Origin: Campylobacterota bacterium
Lineage (GTDB): Bacteria; Campylobacterota; Campylobacteria; Campylobacterales; Sulfurimonadaceae
Direction of reading: 5' to 3'
DNA: 64,000 nucleotides
Assembly (NCBI GenBank): GCA_034661055.1
Contig: JAYEKO010000015.1
Location: 28,194 to 92,193 of the forward strand
In this document: piece after piece, positions 39,001-47,302 of the stretch
How the letters are laid out: each line of letters begins with the position of its first letter
Numbering within the stretch: the first letter of the stretch is position 1
The notes under the pieces: generated by a model
Database searches by the model: none
Seen by the model: the letters and a program-made list of their open reading frames with translations, nothing else
Told to the model about the DNA's origin: nothing
Translations under genes and position numbers: made by a program

Positions 39001-39117
39001 GAGCTTTTTATTAATGGTGTTATAACCCACAACACCCAAGAAAAGAAAAAGTGTTAAAAATGAGTAGATAAAATAGGGACGGCGTAATACCCTCTCAATA
39101 AAACTATCATTACTCAT
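36028..39117 (-). CDS. RND efflux transporter permease (AcrB/CzcA superfamily)
   Basis: 1029 aa with a 12-TM architecture, N-terminal FIERVLRRPYF... and typical RND repeats. Confidence 0.9.
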   Translation of the reverse strand: MSNDSFIERVLRRPYFIYSFLTLFLFLGVVGYNTINKKLFPDSNRPEVSVVIVNPGASAKTIAATVSVPIEQELYTIDKVRRVYSTTIDEVSVIRAEFEYSKDLGSASNDVSAALDKIRSVLPADIKEPILHKISAASAPILTLCVSSNNNQTSLEDIRLLAQNELKNKFLKAQGIANVDVFGGHAKELHVIVDKKSLDQYGMSIDMLIASLQKNDRDYAIGFISNEKDRYLLKSQGKHNSIGALKEIAITKDIRLGDIANIYFGHKENSALYYGNSKPAIALSLQRGINADVVKSIEAAENEIESFRTRYPNLTFEITDTQKDTIIQSTSNMFESLRDAIIMSTIVVFLFLASFRQVLVVLFTIPLVYASTIALMWIVGIEFNVVTLTAIILALGLLLDDTVVVLENIERHYKELGDKIERSVFSGTKEIMFADLSGTLTTMVALSPMLFVGDYPQTVFRPLVSTLLLALAASYVISITAVPLISLKVLAIKNPLILRAEKLFHKITGVFNDFSYKFFSDAVSAALNQKRYAILYFVVLAALFVVSVKGVMPTVGKELMPPMDTGSVKIKITTDPNLSLRQSEAVVQEANKIITDAGELLRLSSSIGSEAGVISIGSGGGTDNISILASYVNRYEREESIWDIQRALRQKLSQIENIQYLEVVDFGATALASIRANIDVTLYGANLNDLEHAADEVEKAMYKTQGLVSVSRTWNSNKSVYNLKIDEKMAAYYGLKNADVVQQLQMMIRGSLSASFELQNSVDFPIRLWIEEKDRDAIDVILELLIETKEGKIPLHAIAIMQKVKEPTLLTREGLEYTINVYGFREKAAITHIMESFEKVSKDLVLPPGVTMEQTGDIKQFNNSASRMVKAIGFAIILIFFTLIALFNSIKIPLMIIVSIPLTIIGGSWILLILDYHVSMPAMMGFILLSGIIVNNAILLIHFATEKMEQGLDAAEAMLQSIKIRTRPVLMTAFSVSAGMIPVALGWAIGLERLAPLGAVAIGGLIVGTFLTLLFIPLIFIWSEKRTTK

Positions 39118-40172
39118 CTTTTAACACTCACGTTTGAGAGTGTTGGAAGCAGTGATAGTTTTGCCTCAGATGCTGTAGCAACATCTACTGAAGGACAGGG
39201 TGAAATAAGAGCATCATCACTATTTTGTGCTTTAATATTTACATGTAATGTCTCAAATTTGCCTTGAATATACTGCACAACAGAGACTCCCTCTTTATTA
39301 TGCACAAGCGTATTAAGTGGCACACTGCATCCAGCTATCTTATTAGAATATATCTCCACATTAATATACGCTCCATTAGCTTGTGTCAGTGTTGTAATAA
39401 CTTCTGCCTCCATAACATCAAGGCCACCACTAGCATCAGCATAGTGTGAGTCAAGCCTTGCTACCTCATTACCATTCATGTAGACGTTTTGACCCACACT
39501 AAGTTTAAAATCATTCTGAGGAATATAACGAAGTAGTAATTTTTTGTTAGTCGAATTCAATGAAAGAATTGTCTTACCAGGAAGTGCCATATCTCCATCT
39601 CGCAGAAAAATAGTTCCAACTTTACCATCATAAGGTGCTCTAAGCTTCAAATAATCCAATTGGACTGTTTTAGCTTTGATATTCTCTCTTGTAGTAATTA
39701 GTGCCGCTTTTTTTGCTCTGTATAGCACCTCTGAAGCATCAAGTTTCTCCTTGGCCAGACCACCAGCTTTGAAAAGTTTCTGATTTTTTGTATATACACC
39801 TTTAGTATATGTAACATCACTGCTCAAGCTACTTAAATTTGCTTGGAGCCCATTAATTGCCGCTTGCACTTCTCTGGCATCAATAGTAACAAGAAGATCA
39901 CCCTTGCTAACTAACTGCGACTCTTTTACATGTAAATTTGTAATAAAACCACTCATCTTTGAAGACACGTTAGCACGCTTAGCAGATTGCACCTGGGCTA
40001 AAAAACTACGCTTTTTACGAATACTCTTATTTGTGGGAGTCACTACTTTAACAGTATAAGAGGGTAGCAATGCTACTCCATTTCCCGCCACAGAAGCTTT
40101 TTTCTCTTTTAGAAACTTTATGGCTACAAAACCTAAGAGCAGTATTAAAATTATTACTATTACTTTTTTCAT
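39114..40172 (-). CDS. RND periplasmic adaptor (membrane fusion protein, HlyD family)
   Basis: N-terminal anchor, lipoyl/hairpin pattern (GDLLVTID...QLDYLKLRAPYDGKVG). Confidence 0.85.
   Translation of the reverse strand: MKKVIVIILILLLGFVAIKFLKEKKASVAGNGVALLPSYTVKVVTPTNKSIRKKRSFLAQVQSAKRANVSSKMSGFITNLHVKESQLVSKGDLLVTIDAREVQAAINGLQANLSSLSSDVTYTKGVYTKNQKLFKAGGLAKEKLDASEVLYRAKKAALITTRENIKAKTVQLDYLKLRAPYDGKVGTIFLRDGDMALPGKTILSLNSTNKKLLLRYIPQNDFKLSVGQNVYMNGNEVARLDSHYADASGGLDVMEAEVITTLTQANGAYINVEIYSNKIAGCSVPLNTLVHNKEGVSVVQYIQGKFETLHVNIKAQNSDDALISPCPSVDVATASEAKLSLLPTLSNVSVKR
39925..39936. repeat. TTTACATGTAAA motif copy (12 bp)
   Basis: Read directly; inside the MFP CDS, where it encodes NLHVKE. 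Confidence 0.9.
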
Positions 40173-41431
40173 TACAACGTCTCACTTTCACGTAAATATT
40201 CAAGGTAAAATAGCGCATCTTGATAGCGAAACTCTGTTTCAATAAGACGACTCTGTGTCAATAGATATTTTGCTTTTGCTAAAAGAAGGTCGTTAAGTTC
40301 TACGGCACCATTGTCATAACGCACCTGCTCAATACGCTGTGTCTCATTAAGTAGTGCCACTTGCGCCTGATTACTTTTAATATTTTGTTGTTCAGACTCC
40401 ACATTACTTACGGCTTGAATAAACTCTTTTTTCATCAGAAATTTCATTTTACTACTGTGTAACTTTGCCTGCATCTGAATAATTTCAGCTGATTGCATCT
40501 GTGCACTGCGTTTACCAAAATCAAAAAGTGTCCAGTTTGCAGTTACACCTGCTTGCCATAAGTTTTCATCAAAACCAGCTCCAAAGTTTTGCCCATAATA
40601 GGAGTTAAACATCACTTGCGGATAATACAATGCACGTACCTTATCTTGAGCTTTTTGGGCACGCTTCTCATTTAGAGCAACACTCCGATAGCGTTCAAGC
40701 CCCTCAATACTCTTTTCATAAACATTAAGACTACTATTTAACGCTACCTGCTCGATACTGACTTGTTCTAATTCCTCAAGATTTTCAACACCCATAAGCT
40801 CAGAGAGCGACGCTCTTAAGATTTTAAGATTTGATCTAATTTTAATAATTTGAAGCTTTGATTCCTCTATAGCAGCGGCTGATTTTAAGGCATCGAGTTT
40901 TGCTTTTTTTTCCAGCTCTACCTCTAAAACAATATTTTTATGCAGTTCATTAACAGCCTTAAGATAAGAGAGCTGTGCTTGAAGCAGTGCTTGCGATGCT
41001 AGAATTTTCAGATAAAGAGACTTCACATTATAAACCAACTGTTGAGAGGTAATACTCAAAGTGCTGTTAGCTATGACCGTACTAAGCTCTGCTATTTCAA
41101 TATCACTCTGTTCTTCAAAACCTGTAAAAAGTGCTACCGTATACGTCACTCCCACGGAGCATAAGTTTTGAGTACTGGGGACACTACTCTCAATAGGAGG
41201 AACTAAGGGCTTCAGTGTTCGAGGTAAATTATAGTGTGTATATGAAGCTAAAGCATCTAGTTTACCAAAACGTAATGCCTGAGACTGTTTTAGAAGTTGT
41301 TTTTGCTTTAGGGTGTCAGAACGTACTAAGTTAATATTTGGATTTTTTTCTAACGCGGTGTGTACTGCCTCATCTAGTGTTAGCGCAAATAGAGGCATAC
41401 CTAATAGCATAAAAAAAGGTAGATACCTCAT
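40172..41431 (-). CDS. TolC-family outer-membrane efflux protein
   Basis: LTLDEAVHTALEKNPNI N-terminus and two OEP repeats; 419 aa. Confidence 0.8.
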   Translation of the reverse strand: MRYLPFFMLLGMPLFALTLDEAVHTALEKNPNINLVRSDTLKQKQLLKQSQALRFGKLDALASYTHYNLPRTLKPLVPPIESSVPSTQNLCSVGVTYTVALFTGFEEQSDIEIAELSTVIANSTLSITSQQLVYNVKSLYLKILASQALLQAQLSYLKAVNELHKNIVLEVELEKKAKLDALKSAAAIEESKLQIIKIRSNLKILRASLSELMGVENLEELEQVSIEQVALNSSLNVYEKSIEGLERYRSVALNEKRAQKAQDKVRALYYPQVMFNSYYGQNFGAGFDENLWQAGVTANWTLFDFGKRSAQMQSAEIIQMQAKLHSSKMKFLMKKEFIQAVSNVESEQQNIKSNQAQVALLNETQRIEQVRYDNGAVELNDLLLAKAKYLLTQSRLIETEFRYQDALFYLEYLRESETL

Positions 41432-41503
41432 TAAGACTCCTTAAGCCATATTGACTTGCATTATCTCATAATGGTACACATTAAGAGATGACGTAAAACA
41501 ATT

Positions 41504-41911
41504 TTATTGAAATTTTACATCCTCATAACGGTCATAAATCCACTCGGCAACAGCATTTATCTCATCAGAATTTAATTTGCCCTTGAGCGATGGCATCACT
41601 CCAAAACGCTCCAGTGCCATAGCATGGCACATGCTATAGTCCAATGCTGGATTTTCAATATAGTCTTTAATAAATAGTGTAACGAGATGACGATGAATAT
41701 CTTCATCATCATCTTTAACAATAATGTTCTCTTTAATCTTATTAGAAACCTCAACCATTGGTGGTGCCTTGAGTGTCTTAAAAGTTCGCTTGGTCTCTTT
41801 GACGCTTATCATCTCAACATGACAAGACATGCAGTGCTTTTTATAGACTTCATATCCATCTGCCGCAGAAACAACTGCACCTGCTATTAGTAGTAATAAT
41901 AATTTATTCAT
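41504..41911 (-). CDS. Monohaem cytochrome c, periplasmic
   Basis: Signal peptide MNKLLLLLIAGAVVSA and CMSCH haem motif. Start trimmed to the ATG at 41911. Confidence 0.7.
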   Translation of the reverse strand: MNKLLLLLIAGAVVSAADGYEVYKKHCMSCHVEMISVKETKRTFKTLKAPPMVEVSNKIKENIIVKDDDEDIHRHLVTLFIKDYIENPALDYSMCHAMALERFGVMPSLKGKLNSDEINAVAEWIYDRYEDVKFQ

Positions 41912-42542
41912 TTGTAATTTCCATATCAATATTTTTGGTTTCAATCTGAGTAGCGGGTGTGACTACTGTATTTTGGGTAAACGTTTCTACTAGTTTTGCC
42001 TGCTGTTCTGGTGCAAGTTTTCCACGTTCAAGCGTATCCAAAATACGGTCTGCCATCTTTGCTTGAAGCTCTCTATCTTTCATATAAATATCTTTTTGTA
42101 AAATATCTTCATGCATCTTGAGTCGATCTTTACGACGTTTTTGTAAAAAATAAAATGTAAAGATTGTAGCAAAGAACATTGCAAGGGCAATAAGTCCAAC
42201 ATATATTTTTTGAACTGAAATAGAGTGTTGCATAATAACAATTTCAGTATCACTTTTTTTAAATTCAATCTCTTTTTCAATACCAGCTTTGTGCAGAGTA
42301 GTCTCTTGTCGAAGTTTTTGCAGGCTAATATCACGGTCTTTATTAATCAAGGCAATCTCTTTTTGGTTGGCTGCTTTAATTTTTGCAGACTCTATCATCA
42401 CTTTTCTATCCACTTGAGGAGTATTTCCATATACTTTCTTTGGACTATTTGTTGCATTGGGAACAACAGGCTTTGATCGGTCAAAATCATTTCCACAACC
42501 CACAAGCAAGAGCAGGGCTAATATAAGAAAAATGTATCTCAT
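41904..42542 (-). CDS. Lipoprotein with one internal TM segment and coiled-coil regions
   Basis: Lipobox LLLVGCGN; internal hydrophobic segment VGLIALAMFFATIFTFYFL. Confidence 0.45.
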   Translation of the reverse strand: MRYIFLILALLLLVGCGNDFDRSKPVVPNATNSPKKVYGNTPQVDRKVMIESAKIKAANQKEIALINKDRDISLQKLRQETTLHKAGIEKEIEFKKSDTEIVIMQHSISVQKIYVGLIALAMFFATIFTFYFLQKRRKDRLKMHEDILQKDIYMKDRELQAKMADRILDTLERGKLAPEQQAKLVETFTQNTVVTPATQIETKNIDMEITNE

Positions 42543-42612
42543 TTCTATCTCTTTTTTTCAAGTCCAAGTATTATATAGAAATATGATAAACAAGAGTAGG
42601 TATAATAATTTT

Positions 42613-44151
42613 TTATGCTACTTCTGTATTGAATGTTTTATAAAAATCATAAAGCTCGTCTGCTAATAGTGCTTCTGTAAATAAGTACCCCTGTGCTGAC
42701 TCTATATCTAACGATTTACTTACTTCTAGATGCTTGTCTATTTCAACACCCTCAGCAACAACACTCAATCCCATTACACGTCCTAATGTACTCATGGCGG
42801 AGACGAGCTCTTTATCTTTTTGATTAATTATTATCTCATTAATAAGCGACTTATCTATTTTAATTTTATCTATTGGTAAGCGTTTAAGATACCCCATTGA
42901 AGAGTATCCTTTTCCAAACTCATCCACAGCGAGTTGAATACCAAGATTTTTTAATTCACTTAAAATAGGAATTAATAATTGAGCATCTTGAATTAAGATT
43001 GATTCTGACACTTCTAGCTCAATTAGAGATGCTTTAATTCCATATTTTTCAATTGCATTTTTTACTGTTGAAATTAATCTATCATCTTTTAGCTGAACTA
43101 CCGATATATTTATTGAGATTTGAGTCGGCATACCATCATCGCAATATTTTTTACACTGATAGCATACTCTATCTATAACCCATGCACCAATCTCAACTAT
43201 TAAACCATTTTTTTCTGCTCGATCAATAAACTGTGAAGGCATTACAATCCCCCTACCTGGTTGGCTCCACCGTATGAGTGCTTCTGCCTCTTTTACATTA
43301 GAGTCTTGTAGGTTAATCCGCGGCTGATACACAAGCATGAACTCTTCATTCTCAAGAGCTTGCTTTAGTGCATTATCTAAAATAATATTTTTCTTCACTT
43401 TCTTATCAAGCTCATCAGTATAAAATTTATAGCAGTTTTTACCTCTCTCTTTTGCTTGATACATCGCCGCGTCTGCCGCTTTAAATAGACCTATCCTATA
43501 TTCACCATTATCTGGATAGATGCTAATACCAATACTAAAGCTCATTGAGATGCTATGACCATCTATGACAAAGGGCGTATTAAAACTTTTAACAATCCTT
43601 TCAGACATAATGGAGGTCTGCTCTGGCTCACTGATAGCATCAAGAAGCATTATAAATTCATCGCCTCCAATACGTCCCACCGCATCATTTTCTCTAATTA
43701 ATTTTTTTAGGCGGGTAGCAACTTCAATAAGAACTTTATCTCCTATATCATGTCCTAGCGTATCGTTAATGGGTTTAAAATTATCCAAATCCAAGTAGAG
43801 TATGGCAAACTTTGAATTATTACGCTTAGAGCGAGCAATTATTTTATCGATAAGAATCTCAACTGCTCGCCGATTTAACAGTGATGTTAATGAGTCCTGA
43901 AAGGCAATATTTTGAAGTTCTAAATTATAATCTTCTGTACGCTTGTCTTTTTTTGAGACAAAAGAGGCCCCAATAAAAGCAAAACTCAAAAGTACTACTG
44001 TCAAATAAAGAATGCTGTAAGTAGAAAATGGTGTACTGCTCAAAATAAGGGTTGATGTAACAACTAATATGAATGCCAAAACTAGAGATGTTGTCTTACA
44101 AAATTTGTTCAAATTCACCTCTTCTTTAATAGTTGCTTGATATTCCAACAT
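42613..44151 (-). CDS. Membrane-anchored GGDEF-EAL protein (c-di-GMP turnover)
   Basis: RIGGDEFIMLL, EALIRW, DEFGKGYSS, EGVE and QGYLF motifs; N-terminal TM pair. Confidence 0.9.
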   Translation of the reverse strand: MLEYQATIKEEVNLNKFCKTTSLVLAFILVVTSTLILSSTPFSTYSILYLTVVLLSFAFIGASFVSKKDKRTEDYNLELQNIAFQDSLTSLLNRRAVEILIDKIIARSKRNNSKFAILYLDLDNFKPINDTLGHDIGDKVLIEVATRLKKLIRENDAVGRIGGDEFIMLLDAISEPEQTSIMSERIVKSFNTPFVIDGHSISMSFSIGISIYPDNGEYRIGLFKAADAAMYQAKERGKNCYKFYTDELDKKVKKNIILDNALKQALENEEFMLVYQPRINLQDSNVKEAEALIRWSQPGRGIVMPSQFIDRAEKNGLIVEIGAWVIDRVCYQCKKYCDDGMPTQISINISVVQLKDDRLISTVKNAIEKYGIKASLIELEVSESILIQDAQLLIPILSELKNLGIQLAVDEFGKGYSSMGYLKRLPIDKIKIDKSLINEIIINQKDKELVSAMSTLGRVMGLSVVAEGVEIDKHLEVSKSLDIESAQGYLFTEALLADELYDFYKTFNTEVA

Positions 44152-44244
44152 ATTATATTTGAATTATTTACTGTTATTGTAGAATAGTAGCGTAAATAAA
44201 CAAAAAAAGTTTTGAAACACTCTCTCTTTTGTTATAATGGCTTA

Positions 44245-44376
44245 ATGGATACTAATCAAACAGCAACTACTATCATTAACACGGCTCTGCTTCCAAACTT
44301 TTTACTTTGGTTAGCAATGTTTTTAATTATGGGTTATCTCTGGTATATACTTGAGTACAAGCCGCATAAACGCTAG
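44245..44376 (+). CDS. Candidate 43-aa small membrane protein
   Basis: Own translation: MDTNQTATTIINTALLPNFLLWLAMFLIMGYLWYILEYKPHKR. TATAAT at 44233-44238. Below the track cut-off, and the 3' end overlaps the convergent gene by 4 nt. Confidence 0.25.
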   Translation: MDTNQTATTIINTALLPNFLLWLAMFLIMGYLWYILEYKPHKR

Positions 44377-44804
44377 GTTCTAGAGTTAAGACCTCTTTTT
44401 AACATCTCTTCAATATTATTTTCGTAGTTTGGATTCATCTGCTTGAGTTGATTTTCAAAATGTACTACTATTTTTGCATTGACATGTTTGTGATGACAAA
44501 CTGTGACAAGCAGTGATGCGTACTCTTGAAATTTTTTATTGGGATGGATTCCCTGTTTTGGTGGAATGGTTCCGTAGTACTTTAAAAGATCATTAACAGC
44601 ATTATGTAGTTCAGCTGTAGAAGCCTCTTGATTTTTCATAATAGCTTTTAGCTCTTTAAATGTTGGTACAACAGTATCTGCTTCACTTTTTTTAGATGAA
44701 ATAGACTCTTTTTTTTTCTGAGCAGATTTAATATAGAAAACAACTAATGCTATAAGAAGCAGCGATAAAACTGCTATGGCTAAAAGTAGGTTAAGTGAAA
44801 TCAT
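44373..44804 (-). CDS. Hypothetical N-terminally anchored protein
   Basis: One N-terminal TM (LLAIAVLSLLLIALVVFYI), then a helical soluble domain. Confidence 0.45.
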   Translation of the reverse strand: MISLNLLLAIAVLSLLLIALVVFYIKSAQKKKESISSKKSEADTVVPTFKELKAIMKNQEASTAELHNAVNDLLKYYGTIPPKQGIHPNKKFQEYASLLVTVCHHKHVNAKIVVHFENQLKQMNPNYENNIEEMLKRGLNSRT

Positions 44805-44907
44805 TTTAAGACCTAAAAGTTTTACATGTATTTTAGCAGAAGTTTAAAAGGTGGGATGAGAAAGGAGGGGGAACCTTATCTCATTTACTATTTGGAGTGT
44901 AACTATT

Positions 44908-46065
44908 TTACCAATGTACTTCAGCAGTCACAAGTATATCTGTACGTTTTTCTACATCTATACCTTTGTAGTTTTTACCATCGGCAGGGTCATACGTCTG
45001 TCCAGAAAGTAGCCATTTTACATTTTTGTTTTGCTGCCATGCCGCACCATAAATGTAACTGTTAGTCTCATACTCTTCACCAGAAAGTGTCTTTTCAGCA
45101 GTCCAGTTATCATAACGACCAATAATTGAATACTCTTTTTTATCTCCAAAACGGTAGGTTCCATTGAGAGAAAAACCGCTACCATTATATTGGCTTGTGT
45201 CACTAAGTTCATTATCATTATCTGAAACAACATACTGACCACTCACAAGAAGTGATGGCATATTATAAACCGTGTGAAGACCATAGATTGCATAGGTCTG
45301 CTCATCATTTTTAGAGCTGTCCATATTATACTGACCAAAGAATGATGCATCAAAATAGTCATCTTTAAGTGGTTTACGTTTCTTCTTGCCGTTTCCTAAA
45401 ATTGCTGCTGTTGCACGCCACTCTAGTGAATTACCTGCGCCTGTCTCTTGGGCATGATACCCTTCACCGTTGAATAGACCTACTTCAGAAGTAAAGTAAT
45501 CTGTTTTAGTCTTAAAGTTAACCCCTAAGTCTGCTGAGTTTGTTAAATGAGATGCTTCACTTGCTTCAACAAAGACTTTAGAGATTGAACGCACCCACCA
45601 ACCTTGATGCTCTTCATAATCAATCCATGGACGATGAACCTGTCCAAATTCCATACCTGTATTTGGAAGCACTTCATTTAAATAGAGATATGCATATTTA
45701 AGACGTACTTTCCAGTCACCAGTCTCATCTTGGTGTGTATCAAGAGTGGTACGTAAATAACTCTTTGGATCATCAAACAGATATGCTTTTACCTGAAAGT
45801 AGTTACGACGTGTTTCAAAGTTTGTTGTTGTGTCTCCATTTTCTGGACTTGACGCTTTAAATCCAAGGTAATGTACACCACTAAATTTTAGTTTACTTGT
45901 TTTTGCGTAAACTGGAGTATCACTCTTTTTCATCTCAATACGGTTTTCACCCGGCTGTGTAAATACCTGCCCTGTTGCAGTATCCGTATAGAGTTTTGTT
46001 GTACCAGCTAGAAGTGCTGGAGCTACTACCAATGCTGCTAGTGCAGAAAGTGCTATTTTTTTCAT
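44908..46065 (-). CDS. Outer-membrane porin
   Basis: Signal peptide MKKIALSALAALVVAPALLAG, an aromatic-rich beta-strand pattern, C-terminal TAEVHW. Start trimmed to 46065. Confidence 0.55.
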   Translation of the reverse strand: MKKIALSALAALVVAPALLAGTTKLYTDTATGQVFTQPGENRIEMKKSDTPVYAKTSKLKFSGVHYLGFKASSPENGDTTTNFETRRNYFQVKAYLFDDPKSYLRTTLDTHQDETGDWKVRLKYAYLYLNEVLPNTGMEFGQVHRPWIDYEEHQGWWVRSISKVFVEASEASHLTNSADLGVNFKTKTDYFTSEVGLFNGEGYHAQETGAGNSLEWRATAAILGNGKKKRKPLKDDYFDASFFGQYNMDSSKNDEQTYAIYGLHTVYNMPSLLVSGQYVVSDNDNELSDTSQYNGSGFSLNGTYRFGDKKEYSIIGRYDNWTAEKTLSGEEYETNSYIYGAAWQQNKNVKWLLSGQTYDPADGKNYKGIDVEKRTDILVTAEVHW

Positions 46066-46134
46066 TAAAAAATCCCCTAACATTAAATTTGACGAATTCT
46101 ATAACAATTTGATTACCTAAAGGTTACAAGAATG

Positions 46135-46827
46135 TTACAGATCTTGATTATGCAGCGTCATCTCATAGACCCATTGCTGCAATGGAAACATCGCTTCATA
46201 GGTCTCATAGAGCGTGTGAATCAGCTCTTTAGAGTGAATTGCTTTAGCTGAAAAGGTTTTATAGGTAAACATACTGGCAAACTTGGCAAGCTCCTCGAAC
46301 TCCATATTTTTTTCAAATCCACGAGGCAGTCGTTTATATTTTGGCTCAGGTAGTAAAAAACCCTTAGATTTCATATCTTCTAAAATTACATGTAAATTTT
46401 TACAGTGCTCTCTATTTTTAATATATTCTCTGTAAATTACCAAAGTCTCACTAGAAAACCCTCTAATGCCCACAGCCACAAACAGTTCATCGGGAGAAAA
46501 ATGCAGGTAAAAAGAGCTGCTCTGCATCCGCTTGCCGCTGCCTTGCCAAAATATAAGACCAATTCTGCTTTTTATGGGAGTTTTATCTTTGGAGAAACGG
46601 ATATCACGGTATATGCGAAAAAGAGAGCCATTAATTTTTGGGATGGCATTAACAGTAGGTTCGAGTGCTTGAAGATGTTCTCCTATCTCCGTAGCCGCCT
46701 CACGACTTGGCTGTAAAATAAGGGCTTCATACTCACTTCTATGTGCTTCAAACCACTCTTTGGTATTGTTTTTTCGGATACGTTCTAAAAAATTTAGACT
46801 CTCTTTGGAAAAACAGACAAAACTCAT
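46135..46827 (-). CDS. DUF2461 (TIGR02453) family protein
   Basis: LERIRKNNTKEWFEAHRSEYE and FRIYRDIRFSKDKTPIK are signature segments of this family. Confidence 0.7.
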   Translation of the reverse strand: MSFVCFSKESLNFLERIRKNNTKEWFEAHRSEYEALILQPSREAATEIGEHLQALEPTVNAIPKINGSLFRIYRDIRFSKDKTPIKSRIGLIFWQGSGKRMQSSSFYLHFSPDELFVAVGIRGFSSETLVIYREYIKNREHCKNLHVILEDMKSKGFLLPEPKYKRLPRGFEKNMEFEELAKFASMFTYKTFSAKAIHSKELIHTLYETYEAMFPLQQWVYEMTLHNQDL

Positions 46828-46864
46828 ACACTACTCCACGCCATTTTTTGAAGTATTTTAGCAT

Positions 46865-47302
46865 TTAAAAATAGAATTTCTCCAAACACTCTTTAAAATC
46901 ACTGCACCGGACACAACGTACAAAACGCTGCTTCTTCTTTAGTAAACTATAAGAAGTTCCATTGGCAAAAGAGATAACCCAAGCATAAGGAGCATTCCAA
47001 GAGTAAGTACTTGATGTCCAGTACTCTTTCGCTTTGTAGTAGATGAAACCTTTTAAAATCTTTCGACCCTGAGGGCGATTACTATCTACAAGTGTAGAGA
47101 GCTCTTCTTCACTTGGTAGCCACCAATCATCATAATTAGCAATATCAAGCTCTTCACAGTACTCTTTTGCCTCTTCCCAAGTAAAAATGACACCCTTGTT
47201 CTCAGGAATATCCTGCCACATGAGTGCCGTTTTATTATCTATTACAAATGGAGTAGCTAAGAGTAAATTACATGTAAATAGTAAAAAGCCAATGAATTTC
47301 AT
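46865..47302 (-). CDS. DUF1566 (Lcl C-terminal-like) secreted protein
   Basis: Signal peptide. MWQD...TWEEAKEYCEEL...YDDWWLPSEEELSTL is typical of DUF1566. The start shares 1 nt with the receptor stop. Confidence 0.6.
   Translation of the reverse strand: MKFIGFLLFTCNLLLATPFVIDNKTALMWQDIPENKGVIFTWEEAKEYCEELDIANYDDWWLPSEEELSTLVDSNRPQGRKILKGFIYYKAKEYWTSSTYSWNAPYAWVISFANGTSYSLLKKKQRFVRCVRCSDFKECLEKFYF

Noticed and set aside
44709-44717. T9 homopolymer inside CDS 44373-44804, and a general search for phase-variable poly-G/C tracts
   Set aside because: I saw no G/C runs longer than 5 anywhere. A single A/T9 run encoding KKK in an AT-rich genome is weak evidence for phase variation.
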